Shown here: piece after piece, positions 46,218 through 56,628 of the stretch
Position numbering within the stretch: position 1 is the first letter of the stretch
How the letters are laid out: every line of letters begins with the position of its first letter
Origin: Pseudomonadota bacterium
GTDB lineage: Bacteria > Desulfobacterota > Anaeroferrophillalia > Anaeroferrophillales > Tharpellaceae
Assembly (NCBI GenBank): GCA_034659215.1
Contig: JAYEGS010000244.1
Location: 12,659 to 76,658, forward strand
Direction: 5' to 3'
DNA: 64,000 nt
Notes under the pieces: model-generated
The model's input: the letters and a program-made list of their open reading frames with translations, nothing else
What the model was told of the DNA's origin: nothing
Database searches by the model: none
Program-made: the position numbers and the translations under genes

Positions 46218-46751
46218 ATGCCCACAAGGCAGAAAAAATATTTTACCTTTTTGATCTTGATTCTGTTGTTCTCGGTTTTTTTTGTCTCCGGTTGTGGTTA
46301 CCGTTTGCGCGGCCATCAGGAGCTGCGAGAAGATCTGCAAAAAGTGGCGATTCTCTCCTTTGCCAATAAGACCTTTGAAAGTCGGATTGAAGATGATCTT
46401 TTTAATGCTCTGGTTGAAGAATTTGCCCGGAGTAAAAACTTGAAAGTGGTTGCGGCAAAAGATGCCGATCTTCTGGTTAACGGAACCATCAGAACTGTTG
46501 AGAGCTATTCAATCTCCTATTCACCAGACGATAAAACCTATGAATATCGAGTTGTTATGACTCTTGATGTCGAGGTTACCGAAGCTCGCACCAAACAGGT
46601 TTTCTGGCGGCGCTCGGCGATGCAGGAGGTTGAAGAGTATAAGGCAAGTCTTGAGCCGCTCACCATTGACCGGCGTAAACAAGCGGCCCTAAAGCGTCTT
46701 TGTCGGGTGTTGGCCGAGAATATACATGATGGCCTATTTACCGATTTTTAA
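46218..46751 (+). CDS. lptE: LPS-assembly lipoprotein LptE
   Basis: Lipobox then GCGYRLRG, in the conserved leuS-lptE-holA synteny. Confidence 0.6.
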   Translation: MPTRQKKYFTFLILILLFSVFFVSGCGYRLRGHQELREDLQKVAILSFANKTFESRIEDDLFNALVEEFARSKNLKVVAAKDADLLVNGTIRTVESYSISYSPDDKTYEYRVVMTLDVEVTEARTKQVFWRRSAMQEVEEYKASLEPLTIDRRKQAALKRLCRVLAENIHDGLFTDF

Positions 46752-46760
46752 TTTGAGCTC

Positions 46761-47765
46761 ATGTTAAAATCTCTGGAAAAGGCTTTAACACAGGCCGTTG
46801 ACAGTAGCGCTCCCTTTGGATGCTGTCTGCTCTATGGCGAAGAACGTTATCCCCATGAATTCTTAAATCGGGGTTTGGCCCGTCTGGTTGAACTCGGACA
46901 TACGCTTGAAGTCTACGATTGTGCCCAAATTTCGTTTCAGGATTTTCTGGTTACCGCTGTCGCTCCCTCCCTCTTTGCTCAACGTAAAATAGTCCATCTC
47001 CACAATCTTAACAGCTATCAGAAAGCGGATTACGAAAAACTTCTGGCTTTGGTTGAGAGCTTAACTCAATCCGGGGTCATAACCTACCTTTTTTTGAGCA
47101 CGTTCAAACTGGACGGGCGCTCTATTTTGGTCTCCAGACTCAAAAAAAAATTTGTTGTTGTAAAAAGTGATAAATTACGACCTGCTGAAGTGAGCCAACG
47201 CTTGTATAAACGGGCTCAGGCGGCAAAGATTGCTCTTGACTCAAGAGTGGTCGACTCTTTGGTTCATCTGCATGAAGCCAACCTGCCTCTGTTAGAGCAG
47301 GAGTTTGAGAAGATGATACTCTATGTCGGCCCCGGCGGCCGCATCGATCAGGCCGTGGTTGATCTTCTCGGGGTTGATGGCGGGGGCGGCAATATTTTTG
47401 CTTTTAGTGATGCGGTTTGCGAAGGTCGCGGAGTGAGGGCGCTTACCATCTTGGATGGCTTATTGAGGGCGAGGACGGAAGCCCTGCTTATCGTGGCGAT
47501 GGTGGCTCGGCAATATCGCCTTTTGAGTCGCGCCGCCTCGTCGGAGTATCGCGGAGCCGCCTCTTCCACGTTGGCAAAAGCCTTGAAGGTGCCACCCTTT
47601 GTCGCCAAAAAACTGGTCAATCAAGCCAAAAGATTGAACCCGCCGAGCTATGCCACAGCCTTTGCCATTTTGCGAGATAGCGACCTCGCTATAAAAACTT
47701 CACGTTTACCCAAAACGATAATTCTCGAACGTATGGTTCTTAAATTGGCCGGGTTACGACCGTAA
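46761..47765 (+). CDS. holA: DNA polymerase III delta subunit
   Basis: Position after lptE and a ~330-aa length. Sequence match alone is weak. Confidence 0.55.
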   Translation: MLKSLEKALTQAVDSSAPFGCCLLYGEERYPHEFLNRGLARLVELGHTLEVYDCAQISFQDFLVTAVAPSLFAQRKIVHLHNLNSYQKADYEKLLALVESLTQSGVITYLFLSTFKLDGRSILVSRLKKKFVVVKSDKLRPAEVSQRLYKRAQAAKIALDSRVVDSLVHLHEANLPLLEQEFEKMILYVGPGGRIDQAVVDLLGVDGGGGNIFAFSDAVCEGRGVRALTILDGLLRARTEALLIVAMVARQYRLLSRAASSEYRGAASSTLAKALKVPPFVAKKLVNQAKRLNPPSYATAFAILRDSDLAIKTSRLPKTIILERMVLKLAGLRP

Positions 47766-47769
47766 ATTT

Positions 47770-48327
47770 ATGAATATTCCTGATTATAATACTTGTTGTG
47801 AATTGCTTGAGCGTTACGAGGTACCTGAACACATTATTGATCACAGTCGTCAGGTGGCACTTATCAGCCTCTGCTTGCGAGAAGGCTTGATTGTTCAAGG
47901 GTTAGAGCTTGATCGGGGGCTCCTCTTAAGCGCTGGTCTGTTGCATGATATTGCCAAAATGGCCTCGATTGAGAACGGTCATGATCATGCCGAGCTTGGG
48001 GGTGAGTGGCTTGATAATGAAGGTTACCCGGAGATTGCCGAAATTGTTCGTAATCATGTTCGGCTCAATACCGATCTTGCCGGAGCCATAGTTGCCAAGG
48101 AGATTATCTATTATGCTGATAAACGGGTACGCCATGTCGAGATTGTTTCGGTTGTGGAGAGATTAGCTGATTTGCGGCAACGCTATGGGCTGAATTCTCC
48201 CTCTTTGACCCGGTTAGCAGATCTTGAAAAATTGACTCTGGCCGTGGAAAAAAAGATTTTTAGTTATCTTGATTTTCCACCCGAAGAGATTTTGCAACGT
48301 TGTCATGGTAAAAACTTATTGACATAA
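47770..48327 (+). CDS. HD-domain phosphohydrolase (YqeK-like)
   Basis: LLHDIAK and YYADK HD motifs. Confidence 0.55.
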   Translation: MNIPDYNTCCELLERYEVPEHIIDHSRQVALISLCLREGLIVQGLELDRGLLLSAGLLHDIAKMASIENGHDHAELGGEWLDNEGYPEIAEIVRNHVRLNTDLAGAIVAKEIIYYADKRVRHVEIVSVVERLADLRQRYGLNSPSLTRLADLEKLTLAVEKKIFSYLDFPPEEILQRCHGKNLLT

Positions 48328-48474
48328 ATGGCTTGAAGCAATATAAAGACCGTTCTGCCTCGCGACCCAGGCCTTTTGATGAGGCTAGGCTTGCGTCTAT
48401 TGTCTGACAGGTGTCTATAAAACCCCGCATACGGGATATAAATATTTAATATTACAGAGAAAGAAGGGAATTAG

Positions 48475-48666
48475 ATGGAAATCAAGGTAATCGACAATGA
48501 TGTCGAAAAGGCGATTAAGATTCTCAAGAACAAGCTCAACAAATCGGGTCTGTTCCGTGAACTGAAAAAAAGACGGCACTATGAGAAACCGAGTGTGCGT
48601 AAAAAAAAGAAACATGCTGAAGCATTGAAGCGGCAGGCCAAGAAGAGACGTTTTGGTATGCGCTAA
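48475..48666 (+). CDS. rpsU: 30S ribosomal protein S21
   Basis: MEIKVIDNDVEKAIKILKNKLNKSGLFRELKKRRHYEKPS is a typical S21 sequence. Confidence 0.85.
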   Translation: MEIKVIDNDVEKAIKILKNKLNKSGLFRELKKRRHYEKPSVRKKKKHAEALKRQAKKRRFGMR

Positions 48667-48689
48667 GTAAGATTGGTAAAAATAATTAA

Positions 48690-48733
48690 AAAAAGCCCCT
48701 TTACTGTTTGTGCAGTAAAGGGGCTTTTTTTGT
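48690..48733. terminator. bidirectional rho-independent terminator (rpsU / panD)
   Basis: AAAAAAAGCCCCTTTACTG-tttgtg-CAGTAAAGGGGCTTTTTTT: a 13-bp stem with an A-run on one side and a T-run on the other. Confidence 0.8.
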
Positions 48734-48751
48734 GTAAGCTACGGTCTTAAA

Positions 48752-49114
48752 TTATTTGACGGATTGGTTGACAATGCGGTTGTCGGCGTCAACCAGAATG
48801 GCTTTGGGGGTAAAGTTTTTTGCCTCATCTTCACTCATCGTGGCGTAGGCCGCAATAATTACCATATCACCTTTACGGGCCATCCTCGCCGCCGCCCCAT
48901 TGATACAAATTTCACCATTATTACTTTCGCCTTCAATAGTGTAGGTGGTGAAACGGGCACCGTTGGTCAGGTTGTAGACCTGAACCTGTTCGAAGGGCAG
49001 AATACCGGAGGCCTCAAGCAGGGTTTTGTCAATCGTGATACTGCCTTCGTAGGAGAGATTGGCGTCGGTAACCGTCGCCCGATGGAGTTTCCCTTTAAAC
49101 ATATTTAGTAGCAT
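48752..49114 (-). CDS. panD: aspartate 1-decarboxylase
   Basis: [29 protein letters not shown] includes the GS processing site. Confidence 0.85.
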   Translation of the reverse strand: MLLNMFKGKLHRATVTDANLSYEGSITIDKTLLEASGILPFEQVQVYNLTNGARFTTYTIEGESNNGEICINGAAARMARKGDMVIIAAYATMSEDEAKNFTPKAILVDADNRIVNQSVK

Positions 49115-49144
49115 AGTTGTAATCCTTTAATATTTATACCAATT

Positions 49145-49993
49145 TTAAAGTTGCAAGTTGTCAATTAAACGGGTTCCGCTCAGGTGAACTGCGATCAGCA
49201 TTACCGCCGGTGTCGTGATCGGCCCGTTGATTTCGGTCAGGTTGAAGGCGTCGTAGACTTTGATATATTCAACTTGATAGGGACTTTCAAATTTTTCTTC
49301 AAGTTGGTTGAGAACAGCCCGGCAGAGTTGATCGCTCTCCCTGTTGCCTTGTTCATACAAGGATTTGGCCTGAGAGAGAGCCTGATAGATGTTAGCTGCC
49401 TCTTTTCGTTCTCGGGTTGGCAGGTTGGTGTTTCGAGAGCTCATAGCCAAGCCATCACTCTCTCGAACAATCGGCACTCCGATAATTTCAATGGGGAAGT
49501 TTAAATCGATGACCATGCGACGAATAACGGCCAGTTGCTGAAAATCCTTTTCCCCGAAAAAGGCTACGTTCGGCAAGGTCAGGTTGAAAAGCTTACTGAC
49601 GACCGTGGTGACCCCCTGAAAGTGGCCCGGTCGGCCGGCCCCGCAAAGACCTTTGCTGATCTCTTTAACATCGACCGAGGTTTGAAAGAGGTCGGGATAG
49701 AGGTCTTCATTGGTCGGAGTGAAAACGACATCAACCCCGACTGCACGGCATTTGGCGAGATCCCCTTCAAGATCCTGCGGGTAACGATCAAGATCTTCGT
49801 TGGGGCCGAACTGAATTGGATTGACGAAGATTGAGACGATCACCAGGTCAGCTTTTTCCCGTGCCTTTTTCATCAGCATCAGGTGTCCGTCATGGAGGTA
49901 ACCCATGGTTGGAACCAGGGCTATAGTTTTGCCTGCACGACGACTCTCAAGGGCAAAATCCTGAATTTCTTTAATCTGTTTTATCTGTTGCAT
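49145..49993 (-). CDS. panC: pantoate--beta-alanine ligase
   Basis: VPTMGYLHDGH HIGH-like motif. The start is trimmed to MQQIKQIKEIQ. Confidence 0.85.
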   Translation of the reverse strand: MQQIKQIKEIQDFALESRRAGKTIALVPTMGYLHDGHLMLMKKAREKADLVIVSIFVNPIQFGPNEDLDRYPQDLEGDLAKCRAVGVDVVFTPTNEDLYPDLFQTSVDVKEISKGLCGAGRPGHFQGVTTVVSKLFNLTLPNVAFFGEKDFQQLAVIRRMVIDLNFPIEIIGVPIVRESDGLAMSSRNTNLPTRERKEAANIYQALSQAKSLYEQGNRESDQLCRAVLNQLEEKFESPYQVEYIKVYDAFNLTEINGPITTPAVMLIAVHLSGTRLIDNLQL

Positions 49994-50006
49994 AAAATTA
50001 TCCGAT

Positions 50007-50798
50007 TTAACTAAATGAGTGTTCCGCCCCCGGAAAGGTGCCCTCTTTGACTTCGCGGCTGTAGTTCTCAAGAGCTTTTCTGGTTTCCAGGCCTAAATCC
50101 GCATACTGTTTGACAAAAGATGGGCGGAAACGGTCAAAGAGGGTGAGCATATCGTGGAGCACCAGAACCTGGCCGTCGCAGCCGGGACCGGCACCGATAC
50201 CGATAGTTGGGATCTCAAGGGATTGACTGATTTCGGTGGCGATGTCGGTTGGGACGCACTCAATAACCACGGCAAAGGCTCCGGCTTCGGCGACTGCCTG
50301 GGCATCTTTAAGTAGACGTTCTTTTTCACGTTGGACTTTGAAGCCGCCGAGTTGGTTGACCGCCTGCGGGGTTAAGCCGATATGGCCGCAGACCGGAATG
50401 CCGATGTCGACCAACGCTTTGATCGTCGCTCGCATGCTGACCCCGCCTTCGAGCTTGACCGCTCCGGCGCCGGTCTCTTTCATGATCCGTCCAGCCTGGA
50501 GTTTGGCATCTTCGATGCTGATTTGGTAGCTCATAAAGGGGAGATCAATAATTACCAGGGCATGTTCGGTGCCGCGGACAACCGCCCGGCCGTGATAGAT
50601 CATCTCGTCAACGGTTACCGGCAGGGTATCCTTGTAGCCGGCCACCACGACCCCGACTGAATCTCCAACCAAAATAGTGTCGATTTGGCTTTGGTCAAGG
50701 AGGCGGGCGAAGGGATAGTCGTAGCCGGTGACCATGGTGATTTTTTCACCATTTTTTTTCATTTCGGTAAGGCTGGTTGTAGTTACTGTTTTAGCCAT
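50007..50798 (-). CDS. panB: 3-methyl-2-oxobutanoate hydroxymethyltransferase
   Basis: KITMVTGYDYPFARLLD...LVGDSVGVVV is the typical PanB N-terminal sequence. Confidence 0.85.
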   Translation of the reverse strand: MAKTVTTTSLTEMKKNGEKITMVTGYDYPFARLLDQSQIDTILVGDSVGVVVAGYKDTLPVTVDEMIYHGRAVVRGTEHALVIIDLPFMSYQISIEDAKLQAGRIMKETGAGAVKLEGGVSMRATIKALVDIGIPVCGHIGLTPQAVNQLGGFKVQREKERLLKDAQAVAEAGAFAVVIECVPTDIATEISQSLEIPTIGIGAGPGCDGQVLVLHDMLTLFDRFRPSFVKQYADLGLETRKALENYSREVKEGTFPGAEHSFS

Positions 50799-50807
50799 AA
50801 AATTATT

Positions 50808-50890
50808 CCTTTAAAAATAAAAAAAGCCCGCTTCGTCAAGAGAAGGCGGGCTTAACAGTACGGATCGCTAACACCGATCCGTACTGTAAT
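50808..50890 (-). terminator. tandem hairpins then a T-tract on the minus strand: terminator for 51006..51683
   Basis: CAGTACGGATCG-ctaacac-CGATCCGTACTG (12-bp stem) and AGCCCGCCTTC...GAAGCGGGCT. On the minus strand TTTTTTATTTTTAAA follows. Confidence 0.55.
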
Positions 50891-51005
50891 AATGGTTTAA
50901 GTCCGGCCGTCTCAGTCTTCAGATTTTAGAAGATCCAAGCGGGGTCGAGATTCAGTTGTCTGAAGCTCGACGGGATTATATGTCAATCTGTTGAAATTCT
51001 TTCAA

Positions 51006-51683
51006 TTACGAACAGAGAGCGGCAAGCCACTCTACAGCCTTATCGTCGCTGACCCGGCTGGTGTTGATCACGACATCGTAAAGGTTTTGGTCGCTCCAAT
51101 CCTGTTTGAAGTAGAACTTGATATATTCGCGGCTCTTTTTATCTTTTTCATCAATTAGTTTTTGCGCCTGAGCGTTATTTAAATCGGAATTTGCGATCTG
51201 AAGACGGGCGATGCGATCAGCCATGGAAGCGATAATTCTAACGTTGATAACCGCAGATTGATCGCGCAAAATACATTGGCCGCCACGACCGACAATCATG
51301 ACATTGGGGCGTTGCCCTAATTCTGAAATAACCTTGCAGATCATCTCCCGGTAGATATCGCTGTCGATCCATCCTTGTGTGTCAAGAGAGTAGGGGATCT
51401 TGTCGCGCTCATCATAGGTCGTTTCCGTTTCTTCAACTTCATCCTGTTTGTGAGACTTTTTGAAGATATCGAGATCAATGATGCGTGAGAGGTAAGCCTT
51501 GACATTGATATGGCCCTCTTCCTCAAATTCCATGACTTCCTGGTGCGATACCTTGGCCTGATCAGCTACCTGTTTGACGATATCTTTGTCAAGATAGTCA
51601 TAGTCAATTTTTTGGGCCAGGCGTTTGGCAATCTCCAGGCCTCCTGAAGCGAACTCTTTGGAAATCGTAATAACCGGCATCAT
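51006..51683 (-). CDS. cytidylate kinase-like family protein
   Basis: MMPVITISKEFASGGLEIAKRLAQKIDYDYLDKDIV matches the Cytidylate_kin2-type N-terminus. Confidence 0.5.
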   Translation of the reverse strand: MMPVITISKEFASGGLEIAKRLAQKIDYDYLDKDIVKQVADQAKVSHQEVMEFEEEGHINVKAYLSRIIDLDIFKKSHKQDEVEETETTYDERDKIPYSLDTQGWIDSDIYREMICKVISELGQRPNVMIVGRGGQCILRDQSAVINVRIIASMADRIARLQIANSDLNNAQAQKLIDEKDKKSREYIKFYFKQDWSDQNLYDVVINTSRVSDDKAVEWLAALCS

Positions 51684-51950
51684 CTACTCCTTAAAGTAAA
51701 GGGGACAAAGTATCCCCTTAATATGTTAAGGGGATGGGCTCTTTCGTCTTAAATATTGCAGGGCCTTCATAAACAATTTTTTCGGTCATGTCAAACGAAA
51801 ATCATTATTTTCACGAGGGAAATTAATTCTTCCTCGGTCGTCGCCATGCTTTTTGGTGGACATGATCGCGGTGAATTGTTATATCCGGCTGTCTGTTTTT
51901 CTCTGACATTTAACGCAAAATGGTCAATACTTTATCATTGGTCACAAAAT

Positions 51951-51999
51951 ACACGAAAGCACACAAAAAAAATCGTGCTTTTTTCGTGTGCTTTCGTGG
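51951..51999. promoter_or_regulatory. 13-bp inverted repeat ACACGAAAGCACAC ...GTGTGCTTTCGTG enclosing A8/T6 runs, upstream of the radical-SAM gene
   Basis: Read directly from the sequence. It lies 70 nt upstream of the 52073 start codon and is not a terminator of the neighbouring minus-strand gene. Confidence 0.4.
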
Positions 52000-52072
52000 C
52001 TAATGAGTGAGACCGAATTATTTGGATAACCTGTATGGTTCCGGTTGTGCCGGATTAGGGTAGGTATTTTTT

Positions 52073-53332
52073 ATGATTATTGAAACCTTTATGACAAAAT
52101 TTCTTCGTTATCAGAATCAACGTTATCTGACTTTTGATGACTTTACGGAGCAAAAATTGGCGCGCGGTAACCGGGATCGCGAATATCTTCTCTATGTTCA
52201 TATCCCTTTTTGTGAAGAGCTATGCCCTTATTGCTCTTTCAACCGCTACAAATTTCAAGAAGATCGGGCTCGGCGCTACTTTGCCGCCCTGCGCCGGGAG
52301 ATTAAACTTTATAGTGAGCGTGATTTCAAATGTTCCGGGGTCTATGTCGGGGGCGGCACTCCGACGGTTCTGCCCGAAGAGTTGGCTGAAACTTTGCACC
52401 TGATTCGTGAGAGTTTCCCGGTACGCGAGGTTTCGGTTGAAACCAACCCCAATCACTTGACCGATGAGATCGTCACGATTCTCAAACAGGCCGGTGTCAA
52501 TCGTCTATCGGTTGGGGTGCAGAGTTTTGATGACTCTCTCTTGAAATCCATGGAGCGTTACCATAAATATGGCAGCGGGGCTGAGATGGAGGCTAATATT
52601 AAGCGTTATACGGGGAGTTTTGATACGCTTAATATTGATATGATCTTTAACTTTCCGTTACAATCATTAGAATCTTTGCAACGTGATCTAGAGATTATCA
52701 AGGGTATTCCGGCCGACCAGGTGACTTTTTATCCCCTGATGGTCTCGACTGCAACTGAGAAGATTATTAAAAAGACCCTGGGTAAGGTCGATTATCGACG
52801 GGAAAAGCTCTACTATCAGGAGATCTTCAAACAGCTTGAAGGCGATTATCGGCCGGGTTCGGCTTGGTGTTTTTCCCGTCAGAAGGCGATGATCGATGAG
52901 TACATCGTCGATTTTGATGAGTATCTGGGGGTCGGCAGCGGCTCTTTCAGTTATCTGAATGGAAAAATTATGGCCAATACCTTCTCGATTGAAGACTACT
53001 GTGACAAACTTGAACATGACCAGCCGGCAGTTGCTTTTTGTAAAGATTTTTCTCTGATTGAGAGGATGCGTTACGATTTTATGATCAAACTTTTTGGTAC
53101 GAGTATCGACATGGCCGAGATTCGGAAGCGTTACGGAAATCTTTTTGCCGAGGGTCTCTGGAAAGAGTTGGCTCTTTTTAAAGGGCTTAAGGCGCTTAAA
53201 GAGGATGGTAACCAGCTCTCTCTGACTCCCAAAGGTTACTATTACTGGGTCATCATGATGCGCGAGTTTTTTATCGGGGTCAACAATTTTCGTGATATCT
53301 GTCGTGATCAGGTCAAAGGCAATAAGGAGTAG
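52073..53332 (+). CDS. HemN-like radical SAM oxidoreductase (oxygen-independent coproporphyrinogen III oxidase family)
   Basis: LLYVHIPFCEELCPYCSF is the CxxxCxxC radical-SAM motif, followed by YVGGGTP. Confidence 0.7.
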   Translation: MIIETFMTKFLRYQNQRYLTFDDFTEQKLARGNRDREYLLYVHIPFCEELCPYCSFNRYKFQEDRARRYFAALRREIKLYSERDFKCSGVYVGGGTPTVLPEELAETLHLIRESFPVREVSVETNPNHLTDEIVTILKQAGVNRLSVGVQSFDDSLLKSMERYHKYGSGAEMEANIKRYTGSFDTLNIDMIFNFPLQSLESLQRDLEIIKGIPADQVTFYPLMVSTATEKIIKKTLGKVDYRREKLYYQEIFKQLEGDYRPGSAWCFSRQKAMIDEYIVDFDEYLGVGSGSFSYLNGKIMANTFSIEDYCDKLEHDQPAVAFCKDFSLIERMRYDFMIKLFGTSIDMAEIRKRYGNLFAEGLWKELALFKGLKALKEDGNQLSLTPKGYYYWVIMMREFFIGVNNFRDICRDQVKGNKE

Positions 53333-53337
53333 AGAAA

Positions 53338-54810
53338 ATGCCAAAAAAACCTGAATCGCAAAAATCGGATCTGCGAGACCTGCGAAAACCGAAACATAAA
53401 TCTGATCTGCAACTCAGGCTGGCCGAAATGCCGGCGGTTGATGAACTCCTCCATGAAGCTTCCCGGCGGGGATTGTTGCCTCATTTTCCCCGCACTCTGG
53501 TCGGGGAGTTGCTTCGTTCACAGCTTAAAACTATTAAAGATCGGGTGGTCAGGGAAAATCTGCAGGTCAAAGAACTTTTTTCACCAGAGACTTTCTGGCC
53601 TGCAATCGAAAGTTCCCTGGAAGAGTTTTTAGCCCCTAGTCTCAAAGTGGTGATCAATGCGACGGGGGTGGTTATCCATACTAATTTGGGACGTTCACCG
53701 TTGTCGGCCGCAGCTGCCGACCAAATTGCGGCCGTTGCCGGGCGTTACTCTAATCTGGAGTATGATCTTGAAACCGGTTCCCGCAGTATTCGCTATGCCA
53801 ATGTTGAAGATCTGCTTTGTCGTCTGAGCGGGGCCGAGGCGGCGATGGTGGTCAATAATAATGCCGGAGCCGTATTGCTGGCGCTTTCGGCCTTGGCCGA
53901 CGGCCGTGAGGTGGTGGTTTCTCGAGGCGAGTTAGTTGAGATCGGCGGCGCATTCAGAATTCCGGAAATTGTCGTTCAGGGCGGGGCGATTTTGCGTGAA
54001 GTCGGGGCGACCAACCGGACTCACCTTAAAGACTATGAGGCGGCAATAAATGAAGAGACCGCACTCTTGTTGAAAGTTCATACCAGTAATTATCGTTTAC
54101 TCGGGTTTACCGGACAACCTGAAGTGCGGGAGTTGGTGGCGCTGGGGCGAAAACACGAAATCCCGGTGATTGAAGATCTGGGCAGTGGTAATTTACTTGA
54201 TCTTAAAGCCTATGGTCTGCCTGATGAGCCGACAGTGCGGGAAGTTATGGCGAGCGGGGTTGACTTGGCTACATTCAGCGGCGACAAACTCCTGGGCGGC
54301 CCCCAGGCGGGAATCGTGGTCGGGCGTAAAGATCTGATCGAGAAGTTAAAGAAGCATCCCCTTAACCGGGCTTTGCGCATCGACAAAATGACGCTGGCCG
54401 GGCTTGAGGCGGTGCTTAAATGTTTTCTCGACCCGCTGACCGTCGTCGATAAGATTCCGACGTTGAAGATGCTGACGTTGACCGAAGCCGAATTAAAGAA
54501 ACGGGCCCAAAACCTGCGTCGAACCATCATCCGCCATTGCGGAACCGATAGTGAATTACAACTTAAAATCGAGCCGAGCACCTCCCGGGCCGGAGGCGGC
54601 ACCATGCCCATGGTCGAACTCCCAACGTTTTGCCTATTCCTGCGAATCCCGGGAAAAAGCTCCGCCGCATTGGAGAAATACCTGCGTAGCCGCTCCCTCC
54701 CAATCGTCGCGCGGATTGTCGACGACTGGCTGGTTTTCGACCCCCGCACAATCTTTCCCGACGAATTTCCAGAGATAGCCCGGGCTTGTCAGGAGTTGGT
54801 GGACTTGTAA
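53338..54810 (+). CDS. selA: L-seryl-tRNA(Sec) selenium transferase
   Basis: VINATGVVIHTNLGRSPL plus the PLP-Lys region FSGDKLLGGPQAG match the SelA family. Confidence 0.8.
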   Translation: MPKKPESQKSDLRDLRKPKHKSDLQLRLAEMPAVDELLHEASRRGLLPHFPRTLVGELLRSQLKTIKDRVVRENLQVKELFSPETFWPAIESSLEEFLAPSLKVVINATGVVIHTNLGRSPLSAAAADQIAAVAGRYSNLEYDLETGSRSIRYANVEDLLCRLSGAEAAMVVNNNAGAVLLALSALADGREVVVSRGELVEIGGAFRIPEIVVQGGAILREVGATNRTHLKDYEAAINEETALLLKVHTSNYRLLGFTGQPEVRELVALGRKHEIPVIEDLGSGNLLDLKAYGLPDEPTVREVMASGVDLATFSGDKLLGGPQAGIVVGRKDLIEKLKKHPLNRALRIDKMTLAGLEAVLKCFLDPLTVVDKIPTLKMLTLTEAELKKRAQNLRRTIIRHCGTDSELQLKIEPSTSRAGGGTMPMVELPTFCLFLRIPGKSSAALEKYLRSRSLPIVARIVDDWLVFDPRTIFPDEFPEIARACQELVDL

Positions 54811-54854
54811 AAAAACAGTTGTATTCAGCTAGAAGAAAGTAACCCGGGATATCG

Positions 54855-55025
54855 GGTTACTTTCTTCCACTTCTTACGCAAAATTTTTGTTTTTCCAGCG
54901 CTCATTACGCCAAAATTGCGAAACTCACTCGTACCCCGTTCAGACAGTCGCAATTTTTTTGGCTTCTTTCGCTGGGAAAAACGACAAAATTTTGCGAGAC
55001 GTTACAGAAAACAACCCGATATCCC
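54855..55025. repeat. repeat family C copy 2 (long hairpin, covaries with copy 1)
   Basis: CCACTTCTTACGCAAAATTTTTGTTTTTCCAGCGCTCATTACGCCAAAATTGCGA...TCGCAATTTTTTTGGC...CGCTGGGAAAAACGACAAAATTTTGCGAGACGTT. Confidence 0.65.
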
Positions 55026-55039
55026 TAGAATTCATCTAA

Positions 55040-55100
55040 GCAAAGTTACCTCTAATTCCGGGGCTCGGAATTCCGGGGACACCTTACTTATCTTTCACAA
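55040..55100. repeat. repeat module D (tandem AATTCCGGGG(A/C)...) plus a solo TIR fragment at 55153..55170
   Basis: CTAATTCCGGGGCTCGGAATTCCGGGGACACCTTACTTA. GCTGAATAGTTGCG at 55156 resembles the family-B TIR. Confidence 0.55.
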
Positions 55101-55172
55101 TTGAAAACTGCCCCCCCCTCTCAAAAAAAAACGGCAAAAAGAAGGAATACAGGGGCAGCTGAATAGTTGCGT

Positions 55173-56282
55173 TTATTTAACCTGATTGTAGGCCCACTCA
55201 AGCCAAGGCATAAATGTTTCAAGATCGCTCTTTTCTACGGTTGCACCACACCAGATACGCAGACCTGAAGGCGCATCGCGGTACGCGCCGATATCCAGAG
55301 CTACATTCTCATCGGCAAGGAGTTTGATCAGCGCTTTTACCTTGTCGGCTTCCAGATCAAGAATCAGGCAGACACTGGTATTTGAACGCTCCTTCTCTTC
55401 TTTGGCGAGGAAGTTGATCCACTCGTTGGCAGCGACAAAATTACTGATTACAGCCAGATTGCTTTCACTTTTTTTGATCGAAGCTTCCAATCCGCCGATC
55501 TCTTCGATCCAGTTCAAGGCATCAAGATAGTCGGCTACGGCCAGCATGGAAGGGGTGTTAATGGTTGCACCGGTAAAAATGCCGTCAATCAGCTTGTTGC
55601 CTTTGGTCATCCGGAAAATTTTGGGCATCGGCCAGTTTGGGGTATAGGACTCAAGGCGGGCGACCGCACGTGGGCTTAAGATAAGCACCCCATGGCCGCC
55701 TTCACCGCCAAGGACTTTCTGCCAGCTGAATGTGGTGACGTCGAGTTTTTCCCAGGCCATCGGCATGGCGAAAACTGCTGAGGTGGCATCGCAGAAAGTC
55801 AAACCTTCACGAGAATCGCTGATCCAGTCAGCATCGGGAACCTTGACGCCGGAGGTGGTGCCGTTCCAGGTAAAGACGATGTCCTTTTTTTGATCGGCCC
55901 GGCTCAAATCCGGGAGTTGACCATAATCCGCAGTATGGGCGGTGACGTCAAGTTTCAGTTGATTTTTTATATCTGACAGCCAGCCGCTGCCGAATGATTC
56001 CCAAGCGAAAACATCAACCGCACGCTCACCCAGCATCGACCACATCGCCATCTCCATGGCTCCGGTATCGGAAGCCGGCACGATACCCACTTTGTAATCG
56101 GCGGGAATCTTAAGGATGGCTTTGGTTTGCTCGATGGCGTCACGCAAAGCCTTTTTGCCCACGGCGCTGCGATGGGAGCGGCTGAGAGTTTCAAGTTGAA
56201 GATTGCTGACATCGTAACCCGGACGTTTTGCGCATGGGCCGGAAGAAAAGTAGGGACGTAGAGGTTTTTTTTCTGGTTGCAT
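55173..56282 (-). CDS. serC: phosphoserine aminotransferase (short SerC subfamily, class V aminotransferase)
   Basis: [14 protein letters not shown]-terminal motif and a ~370-aa length match the short SerC type. Confidence 0.6.
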   Translation of the reverse strand: MQPEKKPLRPYFSSGPCAKRPGYDVSNLQLETLSRSHRSAVGKKALRDAIEQTKAILKIPADYKVGIVPASDTGAMEMAMWSMLGERAVDVFAWESFGSGWLSDIKNQLKLDVTAHTADYGQLPDLSRADQKKDIVFTWNGTTSGVKVPDADWISDSREGLTFCDATSAVFAMPMAWEKLDVTTFSWQKVLGGEGGHGVLILSPRAVARLESYTPNWPMPKIFRMTKGNKLIDGIFTGATINTPSMLAVADYLDALNWIEEIGGLEASIKKSESNLAVISNFVAANEWINFLAKEEKERSNTSVCLILDLEADKVKALIKLLADENVALDIGAYRDAPSGLRIWCGATVEKSDLETFMPWLEWAYNQVK

Positions 56283-56557
56283 AACGGTTTCCTTATCTCT
56301 TAAGTTTGGGGGTTGTGCAGGAAAAATGTTCTGTAAAAATGATTAATTGTGACTAGGAGCCTGTCTGAGAATGTCTTTTTTTCCCATATCTGCGTTATGC
56401 TCAAAAAATTATCCTCGGAATACTTAATGTATGCCTGCGGTAATTTTCTTCGCATGCCTTGATCTGAGAAAAAAATCCTATTCTCGGACAACCTCCTATG
56501 TAGGGCTCTATATCAGAAAATGATGAAAAATGCATATAAAATCATTTTGGGTCTGGC

Positions 56558-56586
56558 TTGACTTTTATGGGTTGTCAGTATATACT
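56558..56586 (+). promoter_or_regulatory. sigma70-like promoter TTGACT-17-TATACT with direct repeats ATATACTAT x2 (likely antitoxin operator)
   Basis: Read directly from the sequence. It lies 45 nt upstream of the antitoxin ATG. Confidence 0.45.
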
Positions 56587-56628
56587 ATTTACATATACTA
56601 TAATGAACTATTATAAGGGGGTCTTTTA

